Source: Myxococcota bacterium (lineage in GTDB: Bacteria; Myxococcota; JACRCW01). Taken from it: a stretch of DNA of 64,000 nt. Below, piece after piece: positions 8,960 through 18,789 of this stretch. The translations under genes and the position numbers were made by a program. Each line of letters begins with the position of its first letter. Positions within the stretch are counted from its first letter, which is position 1. Below the pieces are notes generated by a model that saw only the letters and a list, made by a program, of their open reading frames with translations, searched no databases and was not told the DNA's origin. The stretch spans positions 1-64,000 of the forward strand of contig JBFMGU010000001.1 of the NCBI GenBank assembly GCA_040752415.1, read 5' to 3'.

Positions 8960-10291
8960 ATGGTGGCGCGGATGGAGATCGTGGTGGTGGGCCCGGCGGA
9001 CGTGGGAGGCGGCGCGGAGGCGGTGGCGCGAGCCCTGCGCACCGCGTGGGATGAGGCCGGGGCCACGGTTCGGTGCGTGGTGGGTCGCCGCGCGACCACG
9101 GACGAAGGTGTGATCGTCCTGCCGCACGCCAACCACCGTGGTGCCGTGGCGCGCGCCACGCTGGCCGCGGGCGGGTGGGCCGGACGGCGGCTTGGCCTGG
9201 CTGACGACGACGTGGGGCGACTGGCCAAGCTGGCCGAGCCGCTGCGTGTGGCGGAGAGCCTGGCGGGCCATGAGGACTTCAACCACCCGGGCACCGCCCA
9301 TCTCCTGGAGCTGCTCCCCGCCCGTCCCGACGTGCTGCACCTGCACAACCTGCACGGCGGCTACTTTGACCTGCGCGCCCTGCCCCGACTCTCCCGCGCC
9401 CTCCCCACGTTCCTGACGCTGCACGACCCGTGGCTCATGACCGGCCACTGTGCGCACCCGGTGACGTGCGAGCGTTGGCGCACCGGTTGCGGCAGCTGCC
9501 CCGACCTGCAGGCCTATCCCTCCATCCGTCGTGACGCCACGGCCTACAACTGGCGCCGCAAGGAGGCCATCTACCGTCGAAGTCGCCTGTACGTCGGCGC
9601 GCCCAGCCGCTGGATCCTGGGCATGGTGCAGGACAGCATGCTGCGTCACGGTGTCGTCGAGACGCGGCACATTCCGCACGGCGTGGACCTGCAGACCTTC
9701 CATGCGCGGACTCGCGCGGAGGCACGTCGGGCGCTGAGTGTCGACGACGCGGACCTCGTGGTGACGCTGGACGTGGACCGTCGGAAGGCCTTCCGCAGCA
9801 CCGCCCTGGCCTGGGACGCGCTGCACGAGGTGGCCACGCGGCACCCCGCACGGCGCATGGTGGTGCTGGCAATGGGGGAGGACGGTCCCGTCGCGGAGAA
9901 CGGTCGTGCGCAGTTCCGGCACGTGGGGCGGCTCCGCTCACCGGCAGAGGTGGCCCGCTGCTACCAGGCCGCCGACGTGCTCCTCCACCTCACGCGCGCC
10001 GACACCTTCCCCAACTCGGTCATGGAGGCCATGGCCTGTGGCTGCGTGGTGGTGGCCAGCAGCGTGGGTGGCATCCCCGAACAGCTGCAGCATGGCGTGC
10101 ACGGGATCCTGGTGCCGCCCGCTCGCACCGCCCCGGTGGTGGAGGCGCTGGACGCGTTGTTGTTGGACCCCACACGTCGGGACCGCCTCGCCCGCGCCGC
10201 CGCCGCCCACGCCCGCGCCGCTTTTGACCTCCACGCCACCGCCGACGCCTACCTCCGATGGTTTGAAGAGGTGGTGGAAGCGCGCGCGTAG
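8960..10291 (+). CDS. GT4 glycosyltransferase (WcaC-like)
   Basis: DVLHLHNLHGGY, TLHDPWLMTGHCAH, CERWRTGCGSCP, DTFPNSVMEAMACG, VGGIPE. Confidence 0.9.
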   Translation: MVARMEIVVVGPADVGGGAEAVARALRTAWDEAGATVRCVVGRRATTDEGVIVLPHANHRGAVARATLAAGGWAGRRLGLADDDVGRLAKLAEPLRVAESLAGHEDFNHPGTAHLLELLPARPDVLHLHNLHGGYFDLRALPRLSRALPTFLTLHDPWLMTGHCAHPVTCERWRTGCGSCPDLQAYPSIRRDATAYNWRRKEAIYRRSRLYVGAPSRWILGMVQDSMLRHGVVETRHIPHGVDLQTFHARTRAEARRALSVDDADLVVTLDVDRRKAFRSTALAWDALHEVATRHPARRMVVLAMGEDGPVAENGRAQFRHVGRLRSPAEVARCYQAADVLLHLTRADTFPNSVMEAMACGCVVVASSVGGIPEQLQHGVHGILVPPARTAPVVEALDALLLDPTRRDRLARAAAAHARAAFDLHATADAYLRWFEEVVEARA

Positions 10292-10304
10292 GTCGGTTTT
10301 CAGC

Positions 10305-10319
10305 GTTCAGGAATTGAAC
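10305..10319. promoter_or_regulatory. Palindrome GTTCA-N5-TGAAC, candidate transcription-factor operator
   Basis: GTTCA GGAAT TGAAC in an AT-richer patch of the intergenic region upstream of the MarR gene. Confidence 0.4.
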
Positions 10320-10445
10320 ACGCGCGTCCGGCCGGGTTACAGACGGTCCGATCCAGCGGTGGGTTGCTTCCGCTCCCGCTCGCCTGGGTTCCGCCACATC
10401 CCACCTCGGCAAGGCCGCGGCAGGTCTGGCGAACGCGTGTTGATG

Positions 10446-10468
10446 CACCGTTTAAGTTTGAAACGGTG
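10446..10468. promoter_or_regulatory. Perfect 8-bp inverted repeat CACCGTTT-N7-AAACGGTG, candidate operator or hairpin
   Basis: Directly visible, AT-rich centre, about 110 bp upstream of the MarR start. Confidence 0.45.
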
Positions 10469-10575
10469 GCGGCCGGCGGTCCTCCTGGGACCGAAATGGG
10501 CGAAGCCTGTCGCGTTTCCAGGGTGAGAACCCGCCGGATGGCGGTGCGGCGGATGCGCGCGGTCGCGGCGGGCGG

Positions 10576-11124
10576 GTGAGCCAACAGATGACGGGGGAGC
10601 GCGTGGCGCCCATGGACGTGGAGCTTCCGATTCTGGAGGCGCTGGAAGCCGAGCCCTCGCTCAGCCAGCGCGAGCTGGCCCAGCGTGCCGGCCTCAGCCT
10701 CACCAAGGCGCATTTCGTGCTGCGTCGACTGGTGGAGAAGGGGCTGGTGAAGGTGCAGAACGTGGCCAACAGCGAGCACAAGCTGGGCTACCTGTACCTG
10801 CTGACGCCGCGCGGCCTGGAGACCAAGGCGCGACTGGCCTACGCGTTCATGCACCGCACCGCCGCGCAGTACCAGGACATGACCACGCGGGTGGAGCGCG
10901 CGCTCTCGCAGCAGGTGCCGCCGTTGGCCACGCGGCTGCGTCGGGCGGTGCACGTCACCATCCTGGGTGAGGGGCCGCTGGCGGAGATTGTGGCCGACTG
11001 TGTGCGCGAGCGCAGTGACACCGTGCTGGTTCCAAACATGGGTGACGCCGACGCCGCGGTGCTGGTGGACCCGGAGAGCAAGGCCTCGGTGCGGCCGGGG
11101 TTGGCGGTGTTGCACCTGGGTTGA
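10576..11124 (+). CDS. MarR-family (EPS-associated type) winged-HTH regulator with C-terminal extension
   Basis: ILEALEAEPSLSQRELAQRAGLSL, LVEKGLVKV, YLYLLTPRGLETKARL; additional ~70-aa C-terminal alpha/beta segment. Confidence 0.9.
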   Translation: MSQQMTGERVAPMDVELPILEALEAEPSLSQRELAQRAGLSLTKAHFVLRRLVEKGLVKVQNVANSEHKLGYLYLLTPRGLETKARLAYAFMHRTAAQYQDMTTRVERALSQQVPPLATRLRRAVHVTILGEGPLAEIVADCVRERSDTVLVPNMGDADAAVLVDPESKASVRPGLAVLHLG

Positions 11125-11276
11125 TGATGCTTGCCAACGTTTGCATGACGCGCACGTCGGGGGCGCGGGTGAAGGGACGCGGCTCGGTCGCTACAACCGG
11201 GCCGTCCTGCTCGCTTGCCATGTCGCGGCCGCGGAAGACCGCGCGGTGGATGCGCGAGCCTCTCTCGGGCGGAGAC

Positions 11277-12512
11277 ATGCTTCCCTCCCCGCGTGTGCTC
11301 CTGGTTGGCAACGTGCCCCTGCGTGACGACGAGGGAGGCGCGGGCCGGGTCCTGGGGCGGCTGCTGCAGGGGCTTCCCGCGCGGAGGGTCCTGGCGCTGC
11401 TTCCGTCGGAGACGCTGGCGGCGCGGCCGCCCCTGGGTGCGTGGTCGGATGCGGCGTTGGGCTACCACGTGCCTTCGCCCGTGCGGGCGTTGTCGCGCTC
11501 GTGGCGTCGGATGATGCGGGCCCACGCGTCGCTGGCGCTGCACTCCGGGATGGTGGCCATCCGGCGTTTCCACCCGGAGGTCCTGCTCGCCGCTCCGCAG
11601 TCCGCGTTGGACGTCCACCTGGCGCTGCAGGCCGCGCGGGAGCTCGCGGTGCCGCACGCCGTCTACCTCGACGACGGCCGCCTGCTCTGTCCCGACCTGG
11701 ACCTGGACGCGGCCCACGTCACCGGCGAGCTGCGGGCGCTGCTGGCAACCGCGGCGTTGCGCGTGCTGGGGAGCTCCTCGTTGGCGCGGGAGTGCGTGGC
11801 GCGCCTGGGGCCGCTGGCTGGCACCGCGCTCATCACCCCGAGACCGGTGACGCCGGGCCCCGGTCCTCGTCGGGGACGGGCCGACCCGCACCGCCTGGTG
11901 ATCTCCCACGTGGGGACGGTGGAGCCGTGTCACGTCGACGCCCTGGCCACGCTGGCGCATGCCGCGGCGCTGGTGCGTCGGATGGGCCTGGACGTGTGCC
12001 TGCGGGTGCATACCGACGCCACGTCGTGGCAGCGCAGCGGGTTGGGCGCGCTCTCGTCGGGGGTGGAGCACGCTCCGGCGCCCCACGACGTGGGAACGGT
12101 CTGCGCGCAGTCGGACTGGGTGGTGATGCCGGGCTCCTTCCTGGCCGACTGGTCCTCGCTGCACCGCTGCAGGATGCCAGAGCTGCTGACGACGGTGTTG
12201 GCGTGCGGGAAGCCGGTGCTGGTGGTGGGGCAGCGGGGCAGCGCCTGCGCGGCCTGGGTGGAGGAGCACGGTGCCGGCGTGGTCCTGGAGACGCCTGCCC
12301 CGGCGCGGGTGGCGGAGCAGCTCCGTGCGGTGCTCTCCGACGAGCAAGCCCACCGTGAGCGCGCCGACGCGGCCTGGCGGCTGGCCGTGGAGCAATGCGC
12401 CCTGGAGCTCCTGCAGCGCAAGCTGGCCGACGCGCTCCGTGAGATTCCTTTGACGAAGCCCGCGCGAATCCCGGGCGAAGTCCGCGACGGTGGCGCGCGC
12501 GACGCCGCCTGA
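11277..12512 (+). CDS. GT4-like glycosyltransferase (divergent paralog of 15454-16674)
   Basis: GGAG RBS before ATG 11277. Aligns along its length with the 15454 protein (GGAG motif, ALDVH, VPHAVY, G[KR]PVLVVG). Confidence 0.75.
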   Translation: MLPSPRVLLVGNVPLRDDEGGAGRVLGRLLQGLPARRVLALLPSETLAARPPLGAWSDAALGYHVPSPVRALSRSWRRMMRAHASLALHSGMVAIRRFHPEVLLAAPQSALDVHLALQAARELAVPHAVYLDDGRLLCPDLDLDAAHVTGELRALLATAALRVLGSSSLARECVARLGPLAGTALITPRPVTPGPGPRRGRADPHRLVISHVGTVEPCHVDALATLAHAAALVRRMGLDVCLRVHTDATSWQRSGLGALSSGVEHAPAPHDVGTVCAQSDWVVMPGSFLADWSSLHRCRMPELLTTVLACGKPVLVVGQRGSACAAWVEEHGAGVVLETPAPARVAEQLRAVLSDEQAHRERADAAWRLAVEQCALELLQRKLADALREIPLTKPARIPGEVRDGGARDAA

Positions 12513-12623
12513 TTCCGGGAACTTCCGCCCGTGCCAGACGACGACGGACACGGGCTAAGCTGACTCGGCTCCGCGGCGCTCCCGCCCTGAACCCATCCTG
12601 AAACCGAAGAGAGTAGGTGTGAC

Positions 12624-13730
12624 GTGTCCAACATTCCCCTCGTCGACCTGAAGGCGCAGCACCGGCAGATCTCGGAGGAGGTCAGCCAGGGATTCGCGCG
12701 GGTGATGGAGAACACCGCATTCATCATGGGACCGGAGGTCCAGGCGTTCGAGGCCGCGTTTGCGCAGTTCTCCGGCGTGAAGCACTGCCTGGGCGTGGCC
12801 AACGGCACCGACGCGCTGGAGGTCATGTTGCGCGCCGCCGGTGTGGGCGCGGGCGACGAGGTGATCCTGCCGGCCAACACCTTCATTGCCACGGCGCTGG
12901 CGGTGGTGCGTGCGGGCGCCACGCCGGTGCTGGTGGACAGCGACCCGGTCTTCCACATGATCGACGTGGCGCAGGTGGAACGCAGGATCACCCCGCGCAC
13001 CCGCGCGCTCATGCCGGTCCACCTCTACGGACAGGTGGCGCCCATGGCGGAGCTGCTGGCGCTGGCCAAGAAGCACAACCTGATGGTGTTCGAGGACGCG
13101 GCCCAGGCACAGGGCGCCCGGCAGAACGGCGTGACGGCGTGCGGGCTGGGCCTGGCGGCGGCCACCAGCTTCTATCCCGGCAAGAACCTGGGCGCGTATG
13201 GCGACGGTGGCGCCGTGCTCACGAGCTCCGACGAGCTGGCGGCGAAGGTCCGCGCGGTGCGCAACTACGGGAGCGAGGTGAAGTACCACCACCCGGAAAT
13301 CGGCTTCAATTCGCGCCTGGACGCGCTGCAGGCCGTGGTGTTGAGCGCCAAGCTGAAGCGACTGGCCGCGTGGAACGCCCAGCGTCGGGAAGCCGCGCGA
13401 CGCTACGACGAGCTCCTGAAGGGCGTCCCCGGTGTGACCCTGCCAGCCACCATGCCGGGCAATGAGCACATCTGGCATCTCTACGTGGTGCGCGTGCCCC
13501 GTCGTGACAACGTCATCAAGAAGCTGAACGCCGCGGGGATTGGCGCGGGCATCCACTACCCGGTGCCCATCCACCTGCAGGGCGCGTTCAAGACCCTGGG
13601 GCACAAGCGCGGGGATTTCCCGGTGGCGGAGCGCGCCGCCGACGAGATCCTCTCCCTGCCCATGTACGCGGAGATCACCGCGGACCAGCAGGCGCGCGTG
13701 GTGGACGAGCTGCGGAAGGCGGTGGCGTGA
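12624..13730 (+). CDS. DegT-family aminotransferase (FdtB/WbpE-like, C3 type)
   Basis: IPLVDLKAQH, ANGTDAL, PVHLYGQ, EDAAQAQG, SFYPGKNLGAYGDGG, NSRLDALQA. Confidence 0.95.
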   Translation: MSNIPLVDLKAQHRQISEEVSQGFARVMENTAFIMGPEVQAFEAAFAQFSGVKHCLGVANGTDALEVMLRAAGVGAGDEVILPANTFIATALAVVRAGATPVLVDSDPVFHMIDVAQVERRITPRTRALMPVHLYGQVAPMAELLALAKKHNLMVFEDAAQAQGARQNGVTACGLGLAAATSFYPGKNLGAYGDGGAVLTSSDELAAKVRAVRNYGSEVKYHHPEIGFNSRLDALQAVVLSAKLKRLAAWNAQRREAARRYDELLKGVPGVTLPATMPGNEHIWHLYVVRVPRRDNVIKKLNAAGIGAGIHYPVPIHLQGAFKTLGHKRGDFPVAERAADEILSLPMYAEITADQQARVVDELRKAVA

Positions 13731-14305
13731 ACATGGCGCGGGACGCATCGGTGTTTGTGCATGAGCGGGCGTTGTGTGAGTCCGACGACGTGGGCCCGCG
13801 CACGCGCATCTGGGCCTTTGCACACGTGATGAAGGGCGCGCGCGTGGGTGCGGACTGCAACGTGTGTGACCACGCGTTCATCGAGAGCGGCGCCGTGGTG
13901 GGCAACAAGGTCACGGTGAAGAACTGCGTGCTCATCTGGGACAAGGTCACCGTCGAGGACGAGGTGTTCCTGGGCCCCAACATGGTCTTCACCAATGACA
14001 TGAACCCGCGCGTGGGCTTCCGCAAGACCCCCGACGAGTTCCTGCCCACGCGTGTCAAGCGCAACGCCTCCATTGGCGCCAACGCCACCGTGGTCTGCGG
14101 CGTCACCATTGGCGAGGCCGCGTTTGTTGGCGCGGGCAGCGTGGTCATCCGCGACGTGCCCGCGCACGCCATGGTGGTGGGCAACCCCGCGCGACGGATC
14201 GGGTGGGCGTGTGCGTGCGGGAAGAAGCTCAGCGCGGCGTTCTCCTGTGGGTGCGGACGCAAGTACCGGATGGTCGACGAGAAGACGGGGCTTGCGCCGT
14301 TGTGA
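13727..14305 (+). CDS. Hexapeptide N-acetyltransferase (WbpD/FdtC-like)
   Basis: RIWAFAHV, FLGPNMVFTND, ASIGANATVVCGVTIG, VGNPARRIGW, C-terminal CxCG...CxCG. Confidence 0.92.
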   Translation: MNMARDASVFVHERALCESDDVGPRTRIWAFAHVMKGARVGADCNVCDHAFIESGAVVGNKVTVKNCVLIWDKVTVEDEVFLGPNMVFTNDMNPRVGFRKTPDEFLPTRVKRNASIGANATVVCGVTIGEAAFVGAGSVVIRDVPAHAMVVGNPARRIGWACACGKKLSAAFSCGCGRKYRMVDEKTGLAPL

Positions 14306-14389
14306 GTCGCGGCTTCCACCGCGGCATTCCTGAATCAGCGAACCTTGAACGTCTAGCGCGGGACGTCTTCCGCGTGGCTTGAGGGCATC

Positions 14390-15457
14390 ATGCCTCGTTT
14401 GCTTGTTACCGGCTCCGCGGGTCTCGTCGGGTCCGAGTCCGTCCGGCACTTCGCCGGGTTGGGTTGGGAGGTGGATGGCGTCGACAACGACATGCGCCGG
14501 TCGTTCTTTGGTGCGGAGGCGTCCACGGAGTGGCAGCGTCGTCAGCTGGAGGAGCGGCACCCGCGCTACCGGCACTTTGCGCTGGATATCCGTGACAAGA
14601 CCGCGATGGACACGTTGTTCAAGGACCGCGGTCCCTACGACCTCATCATCCACTGCGCCGCACAGCCAAGCCATGACTGGGCCGCGCGCGACCCGCTCAC
14701 GGACTTTGGCGTCAACGCTACGGGTACGCTGAACCTCCTGGAGGCCACCCGGCACATCAGCCCGAAGTCGGTGTTCATCTTCATGAGCACCAACAAGGTC
14801 TACGGCGACGTGCCCAACGAGCTGCCGCTGCGCGAGCAGGAAAGCCGCTGGGAGATCGACGCTTCCCATCCGTTCGCACGTGGCATCGACGAGAGCATGC
14901 GAATCGACTCGTCGATGCACAGCCTCTTCGGCGTGTCCAAGACGGCCGCGGACCTCATGGTGCAGGAGTACGGTCGCTACTTTGGGATGAAGACCGCGTG
15001 CTTCCGCGGTGGTTGCCTCACCGGTCCGGCGCACTCCGGGACGCAGCTGCATGGTTTCCTGGCGTATCTCGTCAAGTGCGCGCTGACCGGCACGCCGTAC
15101 ACGGTGTTCGGCTACAAGGCCAAGCAGGTGCGCGACAACATCCACAGCGAGGATCTCGTCGCGGCGTTCCACGCGTTCTACGACCAGCCGCGCAGCGCCG
15201 TGGTCTACAACATGGGCGGCGGGCGTGAGAGCAACTGCTCCATGCTCGAGGCCGTTGAGCTCACCGAGCGCATCACCGGCAAGAAGCTGAAGTGGACGTA
15301 CAGCGAGCAGGCCCGCAGCGGTGATCACATGTGGTACGTGAGCGACCTGACGCGCTTCAAGACGGACTACCCGGGTTGGCGCATCCGCCACCGCATCGCC
15401 GACATCGTTCGCGACATTGCCGTGGGACTGGAGAAGAGGGTCGAGCAGCCGGCATGA
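14390..15457 (+). CDS. NAD-dependent epimerase/dehydratase, CDP-paratose 2-epimerase-like subfamily
   Basis: [35 protein letters not shown]; catalytic motif reads FGVSK rather than YxxxK. Confidence 0.88.
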   Translation: MPRLLVTGSAGLVGSESVRHFAGLGWEVDGVDNDMRRSFFGAEASTEWQRRQLEERHPRYRHFALDIRDKTAMDTLFKDRGPYDLIIHCAAQPSHDWAARDPLTDFGVNATGTLNLLEATRHISPKSVFIFMSTNKVYGDVPNELPLREQESRWEIDASHPFARGIDESMRIDSSMHSLFGVSKTAADLMVQEYGRYFGMKTACFRGGCLTGPAHSGTQLHGFLAYLVKCALTGTPYTVFGYKAKQVRDNIHSEDLVAAFHAFYDQPRSAVVYNMGGGRESNCSMLEAVELTERITGKKLKWTYSEQARSGDHMWYVSDLTRFKTDYPGWRIRHRIADIVRDIAVGLEKRVEQPA

Positions 15458-16674
15458 GCAGTGATCCGCGCGTGCTGGTCATTGCCGACGCACCGCTGAG
15501 TGAGAACTCCGGCGGTGCGGGCTTGACGTTGTGCAACCTGCTCTCCGCGCTGCCGCCGCGGAACGTGTTGTCCTTTGTGCCGCGCGCCTCGACGCAGGGG
15601 CATCCACCCACCGAGCCCTGGGCCGCCCGTACGCGCGCGTACGAGGTTCCCTTTCCGCACCGTCAGCGCGCACCACTCCGCTACTTCAACCCGCTGTGGG
15701 CCACGCTGAACGATCTGACGGCGGATGTCGTCGTGGAGGAACACCTGGCGGCGCTGCGACGGTTCCAGCCCGACGTCATCCTGGCCTCTCCCATCACCGC
15801 GCTGGATGTCCACGTGGCCGCGAGCGCGGTGCGGAAGCTGGGTGTGCCGCACGCCGTGTACTTCATGGACGACTGGATGACGCACGAGCCGGTGGAGTCG
15901 CGGCAGCGGCTGGAGTCCGCGGCGCGCTGGCTGGTGGCAACGTCGTCGGTGCGGCTGATGATCAGCGCGAAGCTGTCCGCGGAGTACCAGCGGCGCTTCG
16001 GCCCTGCGCGGACGGATGACGTGGTGTTGCAGAATCCCGTCCTCACGGAGCGGTTCCTTTCGTCGTCGCAGGCCGCGCGCGGGGATGGCCGTAAGGTCCT
16101 GGTCTACGCTGGCGCCATCTGGCCCATGCACCGCGACGCATTGGAAGCGCTGGCGCGCGCGGTGGCCCACCTGCGGGGACAAGGCACCGACGTGGTCTTG
16201 CGTGTCCACACCAGTCCGACGTTCTGGCAGCAGCACGCGTCGCTTTTCGAGCCGCTGGGCGTGGAGTTCGGCGGACACCTGCCGCATCGCGACGTTCCCG
16301 ACGCGCTCAAGCGTGCCGACGCGCTGGTGGTGGCGTGCTCGTTCCTGCCGGAGTGGGCACCGTTCAGTCGGTATTCCATCCAGACCAAGCTGGGGGAGTA
16401 CCTGATGACGGGGCGGCCCGTGCTGGTGGTGGGCCCCGACGACGCGGCATGCGCGGAGTGGGTGGCGCAGCACAGTGCCGGCGCGGTGCTCAGCGCTCCG
16501 TCGACGGAGGGGTTGGCCGCAGCATTGCGGGATTTGCTGGGGGATGATGCGCGGCTGCGTGCGCTGGGCGTCGCGGGGCAGGCGCTGGCCCAGCGGGAAC
16601 ACGCGCGCGAGCAGGTGCAGCCCAGGTTTGTGGCCGCGCTGCAGCGGGCGTGCGTCGGGGCGGGGGTGCACTGA
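15454..16674 (+). CDS. GT4-like glycosyltransferase
   Basis: ATGA-coupled to the epimerase; [36 protein letters not shown]. Confidence 0.82.
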   Translation: MSSDPRVLVIADAPLSENSGGAGLTLCNLLSALPPRNVLSFVPRASTQGHPPTEPWAARTRAYEVPFPHRQRAPLRYFNPLWATLNDLTADVVVEEHLAALRRFQPDVILASPITALDVHVAASAVRKLGVPHAVYFMDDWMTHEPVESRQRLESAARWLVATSSVRLMISAKLSAEYQRRFGPARTDDVVLQNPVLTERFLSSSQAARGDGRKVLVYAGAIWPMHRDALEALARAVAHLRGQGTDVVLRVHTSPTFWQQHASLFEPLGVEFGGHLPHRDVPDALKRADALVVACSFLPEWAPFSRYSIQTKLGEYLMTGRPVLVVGPDDAACAEWVAQHSAGAVLSAPSTEGLAAALRDLLGDDARLRALGVAGQALAQREHAREQVQPRFVAALQRACVGAGVH

Positions 16675-16675
16675 G

Positions 16676-17782
16676 ATGTCCAGGGTCTCCGTCATGCTGG
16701 CGTGCAGCGGGCTCGGCCACGTCGTGCGCGGTTATGAGCGCGTGACTGCGGACCTGGGTCGTGCGCTCGCCGTTGCGGTGGATGTCACCGTGCTGCGCGG
16801 CGGGGGGCCGTGGTTGGACCGCCAGGGACTCCGGATCCCGTGCTTGCAGCGTCGGGGAAGGCTGGCGCGCGCGTTGGTGGGCTCCGAGGAAGCCGCGTAC
16901 GCACTGGAGCAACGCAGCTTTGCCGCGGGCGTGTTCGCGTGGGCGCGCCTCCGCCGCCCCGACGTGGTGCACGTCCATGACCCCGCGCTCATGAACGCGC
17001 TGTGGCACGCACGACGACGGTTGGGTGCTTCGTTCTCGATCGTGTTCACCAACGGCGGCTGGTTGGATCCGCGGCACCTGGTGCGCCCGGACGTGGTGCA
17101 CTGCGTAACGCCGGTGGACGCGGAGAGGCTGCGGCAGGCGGGGTTCCCGCGGGAGAAGGTTGTCCACGTCCCCTACGGTATCGACCTGCCCGCGACGTCA
17201 TCCCAGCCGTGGCGTGGCGGAACGTTGAACGTGGTGAGCGTGGGGGCGTTGACGGCGCAGAAGGGGATGCACGTTGCCATCCGCGCGGTGTCCCGGGTTC
17301 CGCACGCGCACCTGACCATGGTGGGCCAGGAATGCGACGACACCACGACGCTGCGCGCCCTGGCGGAGGAGCTCCTGCCCGGGCGCCATGCCTTCCGGAC
17401 CGTGTCCCCCGACGAGATCGACGCTGTGCTGCGCGGCGCCCACGTCTTCTTGCTGGCGAGCTCGTCGGAAGGATTCGGCATGGCGGTGTTGGAGGCCATG
17501 GCGCGAGGGTTGCCCTGCCTGGTGTCCGACGTCCCGGTGTTGCGCTGGCTGGTGGGACACGGTGGTCACGCGGTTACCCGTGACGACGTGGATTCCTGGG
17601 CGCTCCACCTCAACGCGCTCACTCCGGACAGGTGCGCGGAGCTGTCCGCTGCCGCCCGCGCGCGCGCCGAGGAATTCGCGTGGAGCGCGTTGGTGCCGAA
17701 GTATGTCGAGCTGTACGAGCATGCGAGTCGCCGGATGGACCAGGGCGTGCCGGAACAAGTGAGGACGCAGCGTGTCGCCTGA
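16676..17782 (+). CDS. GT4 glycosyltransferase
   Basis: GLGHVVRGYE, VGALTAQKG, SEGFGMAVLEAMARGLP. Confidence 0.9.
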   Translation: MSRVSVMLACSGLGHVVRGYERVTADLGRALAVAVDVTVLRGGGPWLDRQGLRIPCLQRRGRLARALVGSEEAAYALEQRSFAAGVFAWARLRRPDVVHVHDPALMNALWHARRRLGASFSIVFTNGGWLDPRHLVRPDVVHCVTPVDAERLRQAGFPREKVVHVPYGIDLPATSSQPWRGGTLNVVSVGALTAQKGMHVAIRAVSRVPHAHLTMVGQECDDTTTLRALAEELLPGRHAFRTVSPDEIDAVLRGAHVFLLASSSEGFGMAVLEAMARGLPCLVSDVPVLRWLVGHGGHAVTRDDVDSWALHLNALTPDRCAELSAAARARAEEFAWSALVPKYVELYEHASRRMDQGVPEQVRTQRVA

Positions 17783-18686
17783 CGTCAGCGTCGTGGTTCC
17801 CACGTACGGGCGTCCCGCGCTGCTACGCGCCTGTGTCCAGTCCGTGCTGGGGCAGCAGACACGTCACGCCGTGGAAGTGGTGGTGGTGGACGACGGCGGA
17901 ACGCCGAGGGCAAGGGACACGCTCGCAGACATCACCGACCCGCGCCTGCGCATCCTGGAGCAGCGCAACGGAGGTCCGGCCCGCGCGCGGAACCATGGGC
18001 TTCGGGAAGCACGCGCGCCCGTTGTTGCATTCATCGACGATGATTGCGTGGCCCAGGAGGGCTGGCTTGAACATGGCGTCAACGCGTTCCAGCCCGACGT
18101 GGTCATGGTGCAGGGACCGGTGGCGCCGCCCCGTCGGGAAAGCCTGGTGGAATGGCATTACATCGAGACGGGAAACGGGCGTCATGACCTGAGCTGCAAC
18201 TTCCTGGTGCGTCGCGACGTGGCCCTGGACCTGGGGGGCTTCGATGAGAGCTTCCCGCTGCCCTGCGCGGAGGACATGGATTTCTGCTGGCGCATGGAGC
18301 GCCGGGGGCGCATCCTGGTGGAACCGCAAGCGCGCGTGGTGCACGAGTTGGTGCGCATGAAGTGGCGTCGGAGAAGGGCGCGCCCGCGAATGTGGGAATC
18401 CTATTTCCGGCTCTATGGGCTCCACCCGGAGCGGATTGAGATGGCGGTGATTCCGTTGATTGGCAGGCACGCGAGGCACATGGACCCGCGTGCGCGCATC
18501 GCCATCTCGCTGGCGTTGATGCAGTTTGTGTACATCCTGAAGTTCGGTCGTGGCGCCGCGCCGCGTGCCGTCGCGGAGGAGGCTCTCGCCGGTGTGCTCA
18601 ACATCGGTGAGGCGTTGACGCGCATTCCGGCGTACGCCGAGCAGTACCGGGCGGGCCGGTCCGGTTCCAAGGGAGCGCGCGGGTGA
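17772..18686 (+). CDS. Glycosyltransferase family 2
   Basis: VSVVVPTYGR, VVVDDG, GPARARNHG, FIDDDC, GGFDESF, EDMDF. Confidence 0.92.
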   Translation: MSPDVSVVVPTYGRPALLRACVQSVLGQQTRHAVEVVVVDDGGTPRARDTLADITDPRLRILEQRNGGPARARNHGLREARAPVVAFIDDDCVAQEGWLEHGVNAFQPDVVMVQGPVAPPRRESLVEWHYIETGNGRHDLSCNFLVRRDVALDLGGFDESFPLPCAEDMDFCWRMERRGRILVEPQARVVHELVRMKWRRRRARPRMWESYFRLYGLHPERIEMAVIPLIGRHARHMDPRARIAISLALMQFVYILKFGRGAAPRAVAEEALAGVLNIGEALTRIPAYAEQYRAGRSGSKGARG

Positions 18687-18789
18687 ACGAGCGCTGGGTC
18701 AAGCGCGCCTTGGCCGCGTGGGTCATTGTGCTTTGCGCCGCCTGGTACCCGCAGTGGTGGCCCATGGCCGTCTCATGGTGGGCCAACCA

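Noticed and set aside
10450..10464. CRISPR-repeat-like GTTT...TTGAAAC
   Set aside because: Single short copy with no spacers and no cas genes.
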